Shown piece after piece: positions 52,256 through 63,954 of a DNA stretch of 64,000 nt. This DNA comes from a virus. Its lineage: Duplodnaviria; Heunggongvirae; Uroviricota; Caudoviricetes. The stretch lies in the IMG/VR virus record IMGVR_UViG_3300000228_000007; one strand, given 5' to 3'. The notes beneath the pieces are model-generated. The model was not told the DNA's origin. It saw only the letters and a program-made list of their open reading frames with translations, and made no database searches. Within the stretch, counting starts at the first letter, position 1, and each line of letters opens with the position of its first letter. The position numbers were made by a program, and so were the translations under genes.

Positions 52256-52561
52256 ATGAAACTAAACTATCCACTTATATCGTTTGAAAAAAATGATATG
52301 ATTTTAGACTTCATTAAATGACTTTTTAATAATAATTTTTTATTATCAAACAATTCTGATTGAGATATTGTAGTAAATATTACTTTTGAAAACTTTAATA
52401 AAGCAATGACTATTTCAAATTATGAATTTAGTGATTTTGAAGCCTCTATATTTTTAGATTTTGAATACATAGTAAAACTTATAGAAAAATCTAATGTTGA
52501 AATAGATAATATTAATATAACATTGACAAAAGATATAGAATCGTTACCTTATTATTATTAA
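52256..52561 (+). CDS. small hypothetical protein
   Basis: ATG 52256 to TAA 52559-52561. Confidence 0.35.
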
Positions 52562-52909
52562 CTTACTTACAATAAACACATATGGCTATATTGTGAAAAT
52601 CAGAATAATCTTGTTTTAATTGTTGAAACCCTAAGTGTGATAAAACTATAGAATCTTGTTTAAAGGCTATAAATGAATGTGAATTAAGCGTACATAGGAT
52701 TATAGATAATTGAGAAGAATCCCACATCAATTTACAAATGAAGGGGTAGAGGAGTGGATTAATAAATATGCCGAAAAGTTTAGATTGTTATGGTATACAA
52801 GTACTGACTACTATTACTTAAAGACAAATCTATATGTATAAATATTTGATTTTAAAATAATATTTTATATACTATATACAAGTAAATTAAAATTAATTAA
52901 ATATAAATC

Positions 52910-54526
52910 GTGAAACAAATAACCATAAAGCAATCGTTTGAAGATATTATTATTAATAATAATCTATACATAGATAAAACTAATTCTATTTATAAGTTGA
53001 TTAATTCTAACGATTCTGTCTTTTTGAAAAAACCGAGAAGATTTTGAAAATCTATGCTAATATCAACTTTATATTCACTATTTTCTTGACGTGAAGATCT
53101 TTTTGATTGACTTTATATAAAAGAGCAAACGAATTATGATTTTGCAGAATTCCCTATTATTTATATAACATTTGCTAACTTTAAGGCATCTGAATATAAT
53201 GATAAACTTGAGTATTATTTTAATGAAAATATATATATATCATATGAATGAACTTTATATAATAGACATGATTTTAATATTGAAACAAATACATTGGGCG
53301 AACTTATAAAAAAAATTTATAATAAATTCTGAAAACAAGTTGTATTATTAGTTGATGAATATGATAAAATAGCAACAGAAAACTTTAATAATAGTAAGTT
53401 AAATGACTATATTGATATACTGGATTGATTTTACTCTTGAATTAAAGAAGCCTCTTTACAAAGATACTTAAAGTTTACATTAATCTCTTGATTGACTAAA
53501 ATCCTTTCAAATCATTTACTATCAACACTCAATCATTTAAATGATATTTCAAACGATTATAGTTTTTATTCTATTTGTGGATATACAAAAGAAGAAATTA
53601 TAAATAATTTTGATCAATCAGAAAATGACTATTTACCGTTATTAGCTTTAAAAAATAACAATACTATTGAAAAAGAACTACAAAATATTAAAAACTTTTA
53701 CAACGGATATAACTTTTGAAATGAAAATGATTTGATTTATAATCCATATTCTATAAATTTATTATTTGATAAACAAACATATGACTATTATTGGTCAGAT
53801 ACATGAAGATCCTCTTTAATTGTAAACTATTTATCAAATGTTTCAAAAGATGATTATAATGAAATTATAGAAAAAATTAAGAAATGAAAATTAACAAATA
53901 TTTGAAGTCATGATATTTTAGAATTAAAAAATAGTACTGATAGTACATCTATTTGAACGTTGTTATATATAACTTGATATTTAACTTATAAACAAGGTAA
54001 ATACGTTCTACCGAATAAAGAAACAAGAATTTCTGTAATACAAGATTTTATAAACATAGTTTATTGATATAATTCAAAAAAATCAAAAATATTAAACTAT
54101 GATGGTCGTAATATTATTGAATGATTATTAGAAAATGATAAATATTTACTTTCTGAATGATTAGAATGATTAAAATATTTATTAGTAAAAACAGTTTATC
54201 AATGGCAATTTTGAAATCCTGAAGGTGTTTTAAAAATCAGATTACAAGATATGTTTGAGCTTGGTTTGAATTATAACTTTCAAGAATTACGTATTGAAGA
54301 ATCTACTAATGATGGTGATGCAGATATGATTATAATAGATAAATATAGAAATACTGCTGTTATTATAGAAGCTAAATGATCTGAAAAATTAGAAAAAGCA
54401 ACACATCAAGCCATAGAACAATATATGCCATTTTATAAAGCAGATGGTTATAATGTAATAATTTTTTGAATTAGATGGAATAAAGATAAACAAGAGCTTA
54501 CTTATACTGAACCACTATTTTATTAA
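52910..54526 (+). CDS. predicted AAA-ATPase (PF09820-like) fused to C-terminal PD-(D/E)xK nuclease (PDDEXK_9-like); probable GTG start
   Basis: N-terminus VKQITIKQSFEDIIINNNLYIDKTNSIYKLIN...VFLKKPRRFGKSMLISTLYSLF matches the family consensus (F..i....YVDKT..I..L......FLsRPRRFGKSL). C-terminus NDGDADMIIIDKYRNTAVIIEAKG carries D...D...E.K. The frame opens directly after a TAA; the first in-frame start is GTG. Confidence 0.65.
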
Positions 54527-54970
54527 TATGAATATTAAGAAAATACTTCTAATAGAAGATGAACCAATTATACATAAGTACTTTATAGATATTTTTTGAA
54601 TTGAAAATATTATAATTAAACTTTATGGTATCGATAATATTAATGAAATATTATCTTGTAAATATGTATTTATTGATAGAGATACTCCTTTTATGAATAA
54701 TTGAAACTATCATGAAAACTTCTTATTAAATTTTGAAAAAATTATTGAAAGTAATCTTTTTTATGAAGAATTATTATGGAAAATATTTTTTATTTCTGGA
54801 GAAAGATTAAATAACGAGTTTATAATAAATAAAATCATTCTTCTTTTAGAAAAATATAAAATTATACAGTCCAGGGAAATGAGAATTTATTATGAAGAAA
54901 TATTAAAAAATAATATTTATTGAAAATCAAATAAAGATATCTATGATAAAATAAAAAGATGACTAACATA
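54527..54970 (+). CDS. hypothetical protein (~147 aa)
   Basis: ATG 54527 to TAA. Confidence 0.4.
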
Positions 54971-54988
54971 ATATTAGTCGTCTTTTTT
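54954..54988. terminator. hairpin gatgactaa/ttagtcgtc (one G-U) with A5/T6 flanks, convergent terminator shared with rsr
   Basis: aaaagatgactaacataatattagtcgtctttttt. Confidence 0.45.
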
Positions 54989-54995
54989 CATAATT

Positions 54996-56523
54996 ATCTT
55001 TTTAAGTATTTTGAACCGAAGTTTTCAATTTCTCTTACAATATTATTATCCTTATATGAATCTAAAGCATCAATGTATTGGAATATTTTGTCTGACCAAC
55101 CTTGAACAAGGTAAACATTATTCATGTTTGAAACCTTTGTACCATATCATCCAACATCAAAAATGAAACATTTTATATTAGGATTAACTTGGTTCATGTA
55201 ATTTTTAAGTTCTTTTTCAACATTAGCAACATCACAAGAAGAGTTATACATTTGACTATCAGAAAAGAACATTATTGTGTCTACGAATAGATTTCTTTTT
55301 GTAAGTTCTTGAATTGCCAAGTATCCGTTAGTTGAATAACCAACTTCACCATCTCGATAAGAATCAAATATATCAAAAGCACCAGTAGGATTTTTTAATT
55401 TAACTGAATCACCGAAAACACCTGCAACACTGTATGGAGAAACTGTTGCCGCAATACCAGTATATAACAGTCCTATATCTATCATTTTTACTGTAGATTT
55501 TGGGTGTATATTATCGGTCATAGAACCTGAAACATCTGCAAATACAGCAATTCTATTGCTTAATTTAGTGTTTTTTACAGAATATAAAACAGCCGTAGAC
55601 AATGCTTTTTTAATTACATTAGAATATAAGTTATTTGGTAAATTCTTATATGCAGAATAAAAACGGAAAGGTAATTGTTTTGAATTTTCAACAGCATTTT
55701 CATTAGAAATGTAATTTGCTATCATAGAAACAAGGTTATCAGCGTCATCTCTATTTACTGAAGCAAATTTATCTGCAACTTCAAGAATATTTCTTAGATT
55801 TCTAATTGTGGCCATATAACCAAGTTTTTTGTTTAAAACAAGATCATACCATACATAAAACACATCAGTAAGGTATGTTTCTGTATTTTTTGGAATAGAT
55901 GAAATAATCCTTTCCCAAGTATAAGGTTTTTCTACTGTGCCATCTAATACTTTTTTTGCAAGAACTGAATTTGGATGTATGATACGAACAACATCTTTTA
56001 GATTAATAGCATAGTTTCTATCATATTTTCCAATTTGATACTCATCAAAATTATTAAATGCCTTAGCAAGACCTTTAATTAATGAGTGCGATAAAGCACC
56101 ACTTTTTGCTCTTTTGTTTACTTTACCTTCTGGTAATAGGTATCCTAATATTTCAACAATATCATCAATTCTTTCAACAGAATCAGCAATTAAATCGCTA
56201 AAATAAGCATTTTCACCATTAAAGTATTGTGAAAGTTCACCAATAATCACATGGCTCATTGTACGCATATTATAAACTTGTCTAACGTAAAATGCTAATC
56301 CAAGTACGAAAGAAGGATTTTTATAAGCTAATTGGCTTATTAAATTTTTAATTTTAACAAGTCTATCATCTTCTTTTTCATAAAAAGAGTCAGTTAAAAA
56401 GTTGGAAACAACCGCTCCAAGAAGTTCAAGTTCCAAAGATAAAGAATAAGCCCTTTCTCCTTCATGATTTACTGTAACGTTATTTACAGTATTCATTACA
56501 TTTTTTGATCCGAATTTTGGCAT
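54996..56523 (-). CDS. rsr: Ro60/Rsr ortholog (TROVE domain + vWA/MIDAS)
   Basis: Track ORF 55147-56523 extends through TGA to TAA at 54996-54998 (~509 aa). vWA MIDAS ADVSGSM is present. Overall length and architecture match Ro60. Confidence 0.75.
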
Positions 56524-56574
56524 AGTATATAATTATTATTTAATAAAAAAGAGTTAAAACTATTGATATAGTTA

Positions 56575-56703
56575 TTAACCCTTGGAGTTCAAATATATTA
56601 TCGTACTCTCATATAAAACAATGATCAAAAATCATTATTTCCTACGAAAGCAAGATACATTTTAATTAAAACTCAAGGGAGTGTGTTAGAGACAGATTTT
56701 TTT
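56575..56703. ncRNA. candidate structured ncRNA adjacent to rsr (possible Y-RNA-like)
   Basis: Long-range stem cccttggagtt (56579-56589) pairs with aactcaaggg (56670-56679) with one bulged C. Internal hairpin atgatcaaaaatcat (56621-56635). Followed by a T-run at 56697-56703. No ORF. Confidence 0.3.
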
Positions 56704-57093
56704 GTTTGTTATACAACCAAAGTTATATAACCATATTTTTTTGCTATAATTAATATAGCAAAAGGTTTTGTGAAAAGTATTTTTCAACTCTTCTAAAAAA
56801 ATCTAAATAGATTAGATTAATCAGTAATTTTATACGATGTATCTGATCTCTCTGTCACCTCGAATTGTGAATATTGTTTTTTTACTGGGATTCTTATGGG
56901 ACAAATTTTTTTTATACATAAATTGTGCGATGAATTTGCGACCCCTGTCACCAGATATTTATATATTATGATATAATTAAAAAAATCAAATCTTTTTTAT
57001 AAAATCATAATAATAAGTTTTTTTTACTTTATTTAAAAATATAATAACTTAAATTAATCGTTAATATTATATACCATACGATATATAATATTA

Positions 57094-58728
57094 TTAAAAG
57101 TTGTTTTTTATAAATTCATCAGGGTTTTCATTTAATACAAAATCTATTGTAATTACATTATTCAAGAACTCTTCATCAAGTAAATTATCTCATAAAGATT
57201 TTAATAGTTCATTAAACTTTAATTTTATATCCATACCATAATGGTTTCTATTAATTCTTTCTGCTATTTCTTGATGAGTAATGGTTATATATTTAGCAAC
57301 CTTTGATATATCAAGTTCTTGAACTAATTTTTCTTGATTTTTTATCATATCTCTTAATTTTTTCAAAAAATCTTTTCTTAATCTATTGTATTCTTGAACA
57401 TCACGTCCTGTCATATCAAATGCTTGTTCTTTTGTTAATTCTGGGTATCCTAAATCTTCAAAATTTGAAAAATCTTTAATTTTATAAAAATCAATATCTC
57501 CCTTTTTTAATTCCATAGAACAATTTCTTTTTAAAGAATCGTAAAAATTAGGAATTGAAATATATAAATCTTTAATTTTTTCAAAAAGTTCTTTTCTTGT
57601 TTTTATATCAAAAGAAAGTTCATTTTTAATATATGATGGTATTAATACCTCCAATAATATTTCCTTTTTATTATCATCTATATAATTATCAATATTTCCT
57701 TTCAAGTTTTCATTTCAAATGAGAAATTCATCAATATCTTTATATTTTCAAAGATTGAATACATAAACCATTTTTCATCTTGCATAAAACTTTTTAGCAA
57801 TTTCATACATGGCTCTTGTTCATGCTCAATCATTATCAAGTAATAATGTTACTTCATCAATTCTATTTATAAAAGAATTAATTTGGCTGTCAGATAAAGA
57901 AATTCACAATAATGCTAATGATTTTGTACCTCCATAATTATATAGCTGTATCGTATCAATATTTCATTCACAGATAAAAACATCTCTCGTTAAAAAATCT
58001 ACTTTATCAATATTTAATAGATTATGAGATTTTTCATAAATAAAGTTATTTGTTGAATGTATATATTTTGGTTCTTGATCTGAACGTATTCTTCCTCATG
58101 AAAATGCAACGGTTTTTCAAAACATTGTTTTTACAGGAAACATAATTCTATCAACGAATAAAAAAGAGCCTTTATCATTAAATAAACTAATGTCTTGTAT
58201 TTTTATAATTGAATATTTTTCATCTTTAAGTATACTACTTACATACATTTCAAGATCTCTTCACTTTGAAAATCATATATCAAATCTTTCAATAGTATCT
58301 TGAGAAAGACATCTTTGTTCTTTCAAGTATTTAACTTGAACTAAACTTTTTACTAATGCTGATTGACAAAATTTAATTACTAAATCGTGAATTTCATAAA
58401 TCAATGCTTGTTTTTTAGCGGCTTCTTTATCAAATTCATTTTGACTTAAATCAATATTAAGTCAAAAAATGCTATTAAACTCATTTAATGTTTCAAAAAA
58501 ATTATAACCTTTATATTCTTTAACGAATCTGAATATATCACCTCCTTTTCAAGAAGAAAAGTCTTTCCAAATTCATTTTTCATCACTTGCTACAAGAGAG
58601 GGAGTTCTTTCTTTCTTGAATGGAGATAAATACTTCTGAGTACCACTTAAAGAACTATCACCTTTTAAGTAATAGCCTAATACTTTATTTATGCTTAATT
58701 GTTGCTTTATATCCTCTATATTAATCAT
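57094..58728 (-). CDS. dnaG: DNA primase DnaG with degenerate (Cys-less) N-terminal zinc-binding region
   Basis: RNA-polymerase domain motifs RIMFP, AFSGGRIRSDQEPKYIHS. Toprim VFICEGNIDTIQLYNYG and LLLDNDGAGTRA. The N-terminus LSPFKKERTPSL...WKDFSSGKGGDIF aligns with the CPFHxExTPSF...CFGCGxGG zinc finger but has lost all Cys/His. Track ORF 57190-57705 is the C-terminal part. Confidence 0.8.
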
Positions 58729-59117
58729 GTGTGAATCGCTATAATGTATAATATTATTTTAATACTATTATAATAATTTATTACCTTTAATCAAATCTTT
58801 TTTGAAAAAACTAAAAGATACAATAATTACAAATCAACTATTTACCGTTAATATTAATAATTAATAACTTAAAAATAAGGTTTATAATTTTTTACCCTTC
58901 ATAGAGAGAATACATACTATATATGATGGCAATTTTAAAGAAAATAAAGATTTATTAATCAAGGATTTAAACAAAGCAGCCGAGAATCAATTTAAGGTAA
59001 AAGTAAACTTGAAAAATATATAAATAGTAAGAAAGAAAAATTCTGTAAATAACGATAATAAAAAATATTTACAAAAAATAATGTTAAGGTTAATTTATTC
59101 TTAAATTGAAAAAATAT

Positions 59118-59624
59118 ATGGAATTCATAGGTATAACATGACATAGGGAAAAATTCTTCAATAATAAAGAACAAGATCTTTATAAAAAAAAGATTTTTGA
59201 ATTGTTGTCAAAAATAAAGAAATCCTGAAAGGAAATTACTTTCAACTTAGGAGGTGCTAATGGTGTTGATAACTGGTTTTGATTAACATGTATTCAATTA
59301 GAAATACCTGTTCATTTATATCTACCATATTGAAATGAAGAATTACTTAATAAAAACCTATCCTATTTTAATTTTATTAATATAATATCAGAACAAGTTA
59401 AAATATGGACTGAAAATCAAAAAAAAGAGTTGTTTGAAATTTATAAAAATGATAATGTAAAAGTATCTTCATTTTGAAAATGATATCATGGACGTGATAG
59501 AGAAATTATAGATAATACAACAACGTATATATACACCATTTTTAATGGTGATTACGCAACATGAACTGGTTATACTGTAAAGTATGCAACGAAACAAAAT
59601 AAAAGCATTATAAACTTAAAATAA
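59118..59624 (+). CDS. YpsA-like SLOG-family protein (DUF1273-like)
   Basis: MEFIGITGHREKFF...LGGANGVDNWFGLTCIQLEIPVHLYLPY resembles the B. subtilis YpsA/YoqJ architecture. Start and stop verified codon by codon. Confidence 0.45.
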
Positions 59625-59632
59625 TGCTTTTG
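59601..59632. terminator. hairpin aaagcatta/taatgcttt overlapping the ypsA-like stop
   Basis: aaaagcattataaacttaaaataatgcttttg. Confidence 0.4.
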
Positions 59633-60081
59633 TTAAAAATAATTATTGACTCACAATCATAAGAAGAAAATAACATTGACTTTTTTATTTTATCAATATC
59701 TCTTGATACATATAATCAATTTATAGTTAATAATAGTCAATCATAATCTTGTGATATTTTTTCGTAATCTATTAATTTCATTGTCAATGTTGGAATTAAC
59801 ACAAGATCGTATCAATATGTTTTTATACAATTAAAAACATCAATCTCATTATCTATAATTAATATTTTAGAAGTTTCTTTTATTGAGAATAAAAATTGTT
59901 TTATTTCATTTTCTGAATGATTTCAGTATCATGTATCTTTGCAAAAATCAATCCATCAGTATTCTGAATTTATAGGGCTTCACCACAATCATCATAAAGG
60001 TTTAGGGTGACAACGATTTTTTATATCATGAAAAAGATCACTATTAAAATAGTTATATTTTCAATAGTGAATAAACTTCAT
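59610..60081 (-). CDS. hypothetical protein (~156 aa), visible only under the TGA=Gly reading
   Basis: Minus-strand ORF MKFIHYGKYNYFNSDLFHDIKNRCHPKPLGGLWGSPINSEYGWIDFCKDTGYGN... with 12+ in-frame TGA. Missed by the standard-code ORF track. Confidence 0.3.
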
Positions 60082-60094
60082 ATTTATATCTATA

Positions 60095-60304
60095 TTAGTT
60101 AAAGTATTTTTCATATATTTTAGGTATTATATTTTGTTTGATAAAATCAAGGCATTGAGACTCTGTTTCCATTCATGCATAAGATATATATTTCAATATT
60201 AGCAAAAGATGTTTCATAAAATGAATCATATATCCCCCAGTATTCTCTACATTTTTATTATTTACTGTTAATATAAATGATCATTTTATCAAATATGCAT
60301 TCAT
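60095..60304 (-). CDS. small hypothetical protein (~69 aa)
   Basis: Minus-strand ORF MNAYLIKGSFILTVNNKNVENTGGYMIHFMKHLL.... Confidence 0.25.
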
Positions 60305-60486
60305 TAAATTTCATAAATATATATTATATACTGATACTAATTTTTTAGTTTCTTTATCTTCAATAAATATTAAATATGAATATCAATATAATCTTTTACT
60401 ATAAAATCACAAATATCTTCTTTTTCAGATATTCAAAATAATATATCTTCAAATGGTTCTAAGTTTTCTATACTATGTTATATTAT

Positions 60487-60761
60487 TAGTTAATAAAAAA
60501 TGCTACTAAATTATCCTCTTCATTATAATAGAGACAATCATACTTATTTAAATTAAGAAAAACATATTTATCTTTTAGTTCATCAACCGTACATTGAACC
60601 ATTCTGTTTGAAATATCATTATCAACATTTATTATACTTAACGGGTCTTCAAATAACATATAATAATCCAATAAAGCATCAAATATCTCATCTGATAATT
60701 GATTTTTAAATGGTGAAGCCTCAATTAACCTAACAAGATTAGATTCTTTTCTATTTTCCAT
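60487..60761 (-). CDS. small acidic hypothetical protein (track ORF)
   Basis: Standard-code ORF with a true TAA stop. Confidence 0.4.
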
Positions 60762-60891
60762 ATATTAAAATGTTGTTATAAAATATTATTACAAACATAT
60801 ATTACTTATAACTTATAAATTATCAAATATATTGATTTTTTTATTTAAAAAAAATATAATCGATCTATAATTTAACCATAACTTATAAATA

Positions 60892-61410
60892 ATGTCATTA
60901 AATATAATATATGCTATACTAATAGTTTTATTCGGACTAATTTCATTTATTTGAATAAACAATATTCTTAATAAGTTCATAAAAACAAAATATTGAAAGA
61001 ATGATATTTTACACAGAATTATAATTTTTGCTAAAGTTCTTAATTTTGTAATATTATCATTTATATGTTTATTACTTATACTTAATTTATTTTGAGTAAC
61101 AATAACTAAAATATTAACATGAGTTTGAGTTTGAGGTATTATATTTACAATAGTAGGTAAAGATTTTCTTACAAACATAATAACAAGTATTATATTTTTA
61201 ATGAATTGAGTTATTGAAATTGGTGAAAAAATTAAGGTTGGTATGATAGAAGGTGAAATTGTGGAAATTACTATAAACTACGTAAAATTGAAAGATAAAA
61301 ATTGAAATTATATAAATTTTCCTAATAAGAAATTGGCATGAGAACCCGTAGAACATATTACTCACTTTTCTGAAGAAAAAATTCAAAAAGTAGAAGTTGT
61401 TAGTAAATAA
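60892..61410 (+). CDS. small MscS-like mechanosensitive channel (~172 aa)
   Basis: Three hydrophobic helices, then IGEKIKVGMIEGEIVEITINYVKLKDKNGNYINFPNKKL matching the MscS beta-domain signature (GD.I..G...G.V..I....T......dG..v.iPN). The opposite-strand track ORF 60813-61178 is judged spurious. Confidence 0.6.
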
Positions 61411-61835
61411 CTAATAAACATATATAAAAAAGACATAAATTATTACTTTTTTTGATTAACATTTAAATGTTATACTGATTATAGTTTATGAATTCTTATT
61501 ATTTAATAGGAATTATAAAAATATAAATTTACATATTTATTATTAATATAAAAGAAAATAACTATTTCTCCTGCAAACTTATTTTGAGAATATTGTTGGT
61601 CTTATGATAATAACGATGATTATGTATGTAGTTTTACACCTCCAAAATTTACAATAGCAGATGTACAAAATTTTATACGTGAGCAAAATGAGATTTATCA
61701 TGATATACTATTTCTATAAAAGATTTTTGATTATATAATTTTGAATGTTATTTGGGAAACTATAAAAACAAAATACCTGATATACAAATTGATAACTTTT
61801 TTGACTTTTCAGTGCTTGGTAAAATTAAATTGTTA

Positions 61836-62546
61836 ATGACATTATATCTTTCAGATGGAAATTATGATAATTTTGAGAGTTTATCAAATATTAATATATG
61901 AAAAATTCATTTTATTACAGAAGATATTATATGAATATATAATATAAATGTTAATAGTGATATAAACTTGTATACTAATGAGTTTATGGCTGAAATTATT
62001 ACATTAAATATGACCGGAGAGTGAAAAATTATATTTAATTGAAATATTAAAAAAATGGAGTTTTGAATATCTAACTCACAATATTATAGTAATATATCAA
62101 GATCTGAAGATAGATATGAAGAAGAAATAAAATTATGAATTCAATCTATAATGAATACATTATCTTATTTTTATGCAGATGAAGACTCGACAGTTGATAC
62201 ATTAAAAATAGATATAAAAAATGAGGTATATCCATTTATAAATGAAAGTTTTAAGCATTTAATAATAAATGCAAAAGAAACATATATAACAACCTATATT
62301 AATCAAAATGAGACGTTTGATATAACAATGGATAAGATCTCTGATATAAAATCTAACATAGTCCATATCAATCCATCAATTTCAATAACGAGTCCAGCGA
62401 TAGATATGTTTGAATTTTTACAATTTTTTAAAAATATAAAAGATAAAATAGTTGTTCTTAATTGGGATATAGTAATCAAACACTTTTTTATAATCGTTGA
62501 TATGATTCTTATAAGAAAAAAGACATTATTAATAACTATAAAATAG
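61836..62546 (+). CDS. hypothetical protein (~236 aa)
   Basis: Frame-3 ORF including track ORF 62151-62546, extended upstream through TGA codons to ATG 61836. Confidence 0.4.
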
Positions 62547-62668
62547 TTATAAAATTATTAATGATAAAACTATGAATAAAAATATTCAACGATTTAAATT
62601 AATAAAAAATTTGTAAAAACGTAATAAAAATATAATATATTATAGTTTTATTTTTTAATATATTACTT

Positions 62669-63433
62669 ATGGAAAATTCAAAAACATTACATAACAGCAT
62701 ATATGCTATTATGCCTTACTTTGAAGATGATTTTATCGTTTTTGAGGGTGGAAATAAAAGAAATTACATTATTAGATTTTGGCAAATTGGAGAATTTGCT
62801 AAATATAAAAATATTTTGGAAAATAATCCTTTTTTAAAAGGTTATTTGAAATTATTAAATTCTACAGCTAAAAGAGAATATTCATTTCCATTAAATGAAA
62901 ATGGAGAAGTTGATTTTACACAAATTGATAGTTTAGATTTAGATAAATATCAAGTTAATATTGGTAAAGAAAAAGACTCACATTTATATTTTGAATTTCG
63001 TGGAAATTGAGAACTTCCATTGGGATATGCTTTAAATATAGTAAAACAAATTGTTGATAAAGAATCTTTTGATGTAAAATTTGAAAAATATAATTGAGAA
63101 TTTGATGAAATTGAAGAGAAACTACTACCATTATTGACAAATTCAAATTTTTATCTTTCTGTAAGTATTGAAACAGAAGTTTCTATGGATTATGTTATTT
63201 ACATACCATTGATAACTACAACAGAAATACCTAAGGAACTTTTTTCAAACATAAAATACCATTATTATAATGAAGATGAATTCCGTGTTAAATTAACAGA
63301 TTCAGATATGGATTTAGATATTACCAAAGAGCATATGTTTCTTGAATTAACATCAAGATATGACGAAAATGGTAATTACAGAAATGTTGATAGTGTAGAT
63401 GATGTTTTGAAGTTAGTTTTTCAATTAATATAG
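62669..63433 (+). CDS. hypothetical protein (~254 aa)
   Basis: Track ORFs 62669-63010 and 63134-63433 are in the same frame and joined through TGA. Confidence 0.45.
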
Positions 63434-63954
63434 ATATTTATGAAAGAACAAGTGTGATGAAATAAGTGTCCTGATTGCTGATTTAACACTTATTTCAAAG
63501 ATTTGGGTGATAACGAAAATTATACTTTTTGATATTGGTGTTGAAATAGATTTATTTATCATTTTTGGTTGTAAAATAATATTTGACAATATCTTTAATT
63601 TGTGATATGCGTTTTTATTTATTTTCAATACTTTTTTATGAAAAAATTGTTCTAATTACATTGTTTTGTTATTAATACCAACTCCTATTACAGAATCTTT
63701 TTGATATTCACGAAACCGGAGGTAACGAGATATAAAAACTATAATAATAAAATATGATAGATTATGGCGTAATTCTTATTTTTGACAAATTGAACAAAAA
63801 GATTATCCTGCGTGTGTAAATAGATGGACTTATTTAACAAATATTGAAAGGTATAAACTTTTAAGATATATCAATAACAAAAAATAAAGAGTTTTTTATT
63901 TTACATATATAAGTTATATTATAACTTATATTTGTAAAATTTAATAATTAATTT

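Noticed and set aside
56579-56600. tRNA-like T-arm (ggagttcaaat) near rsr
   Set aside because: The flanking bases do not form a 5-bp T-stem or an acceptor stem. There is no cloverleaf. It is treated as part of the candidate Y-RNA-like stem instead.
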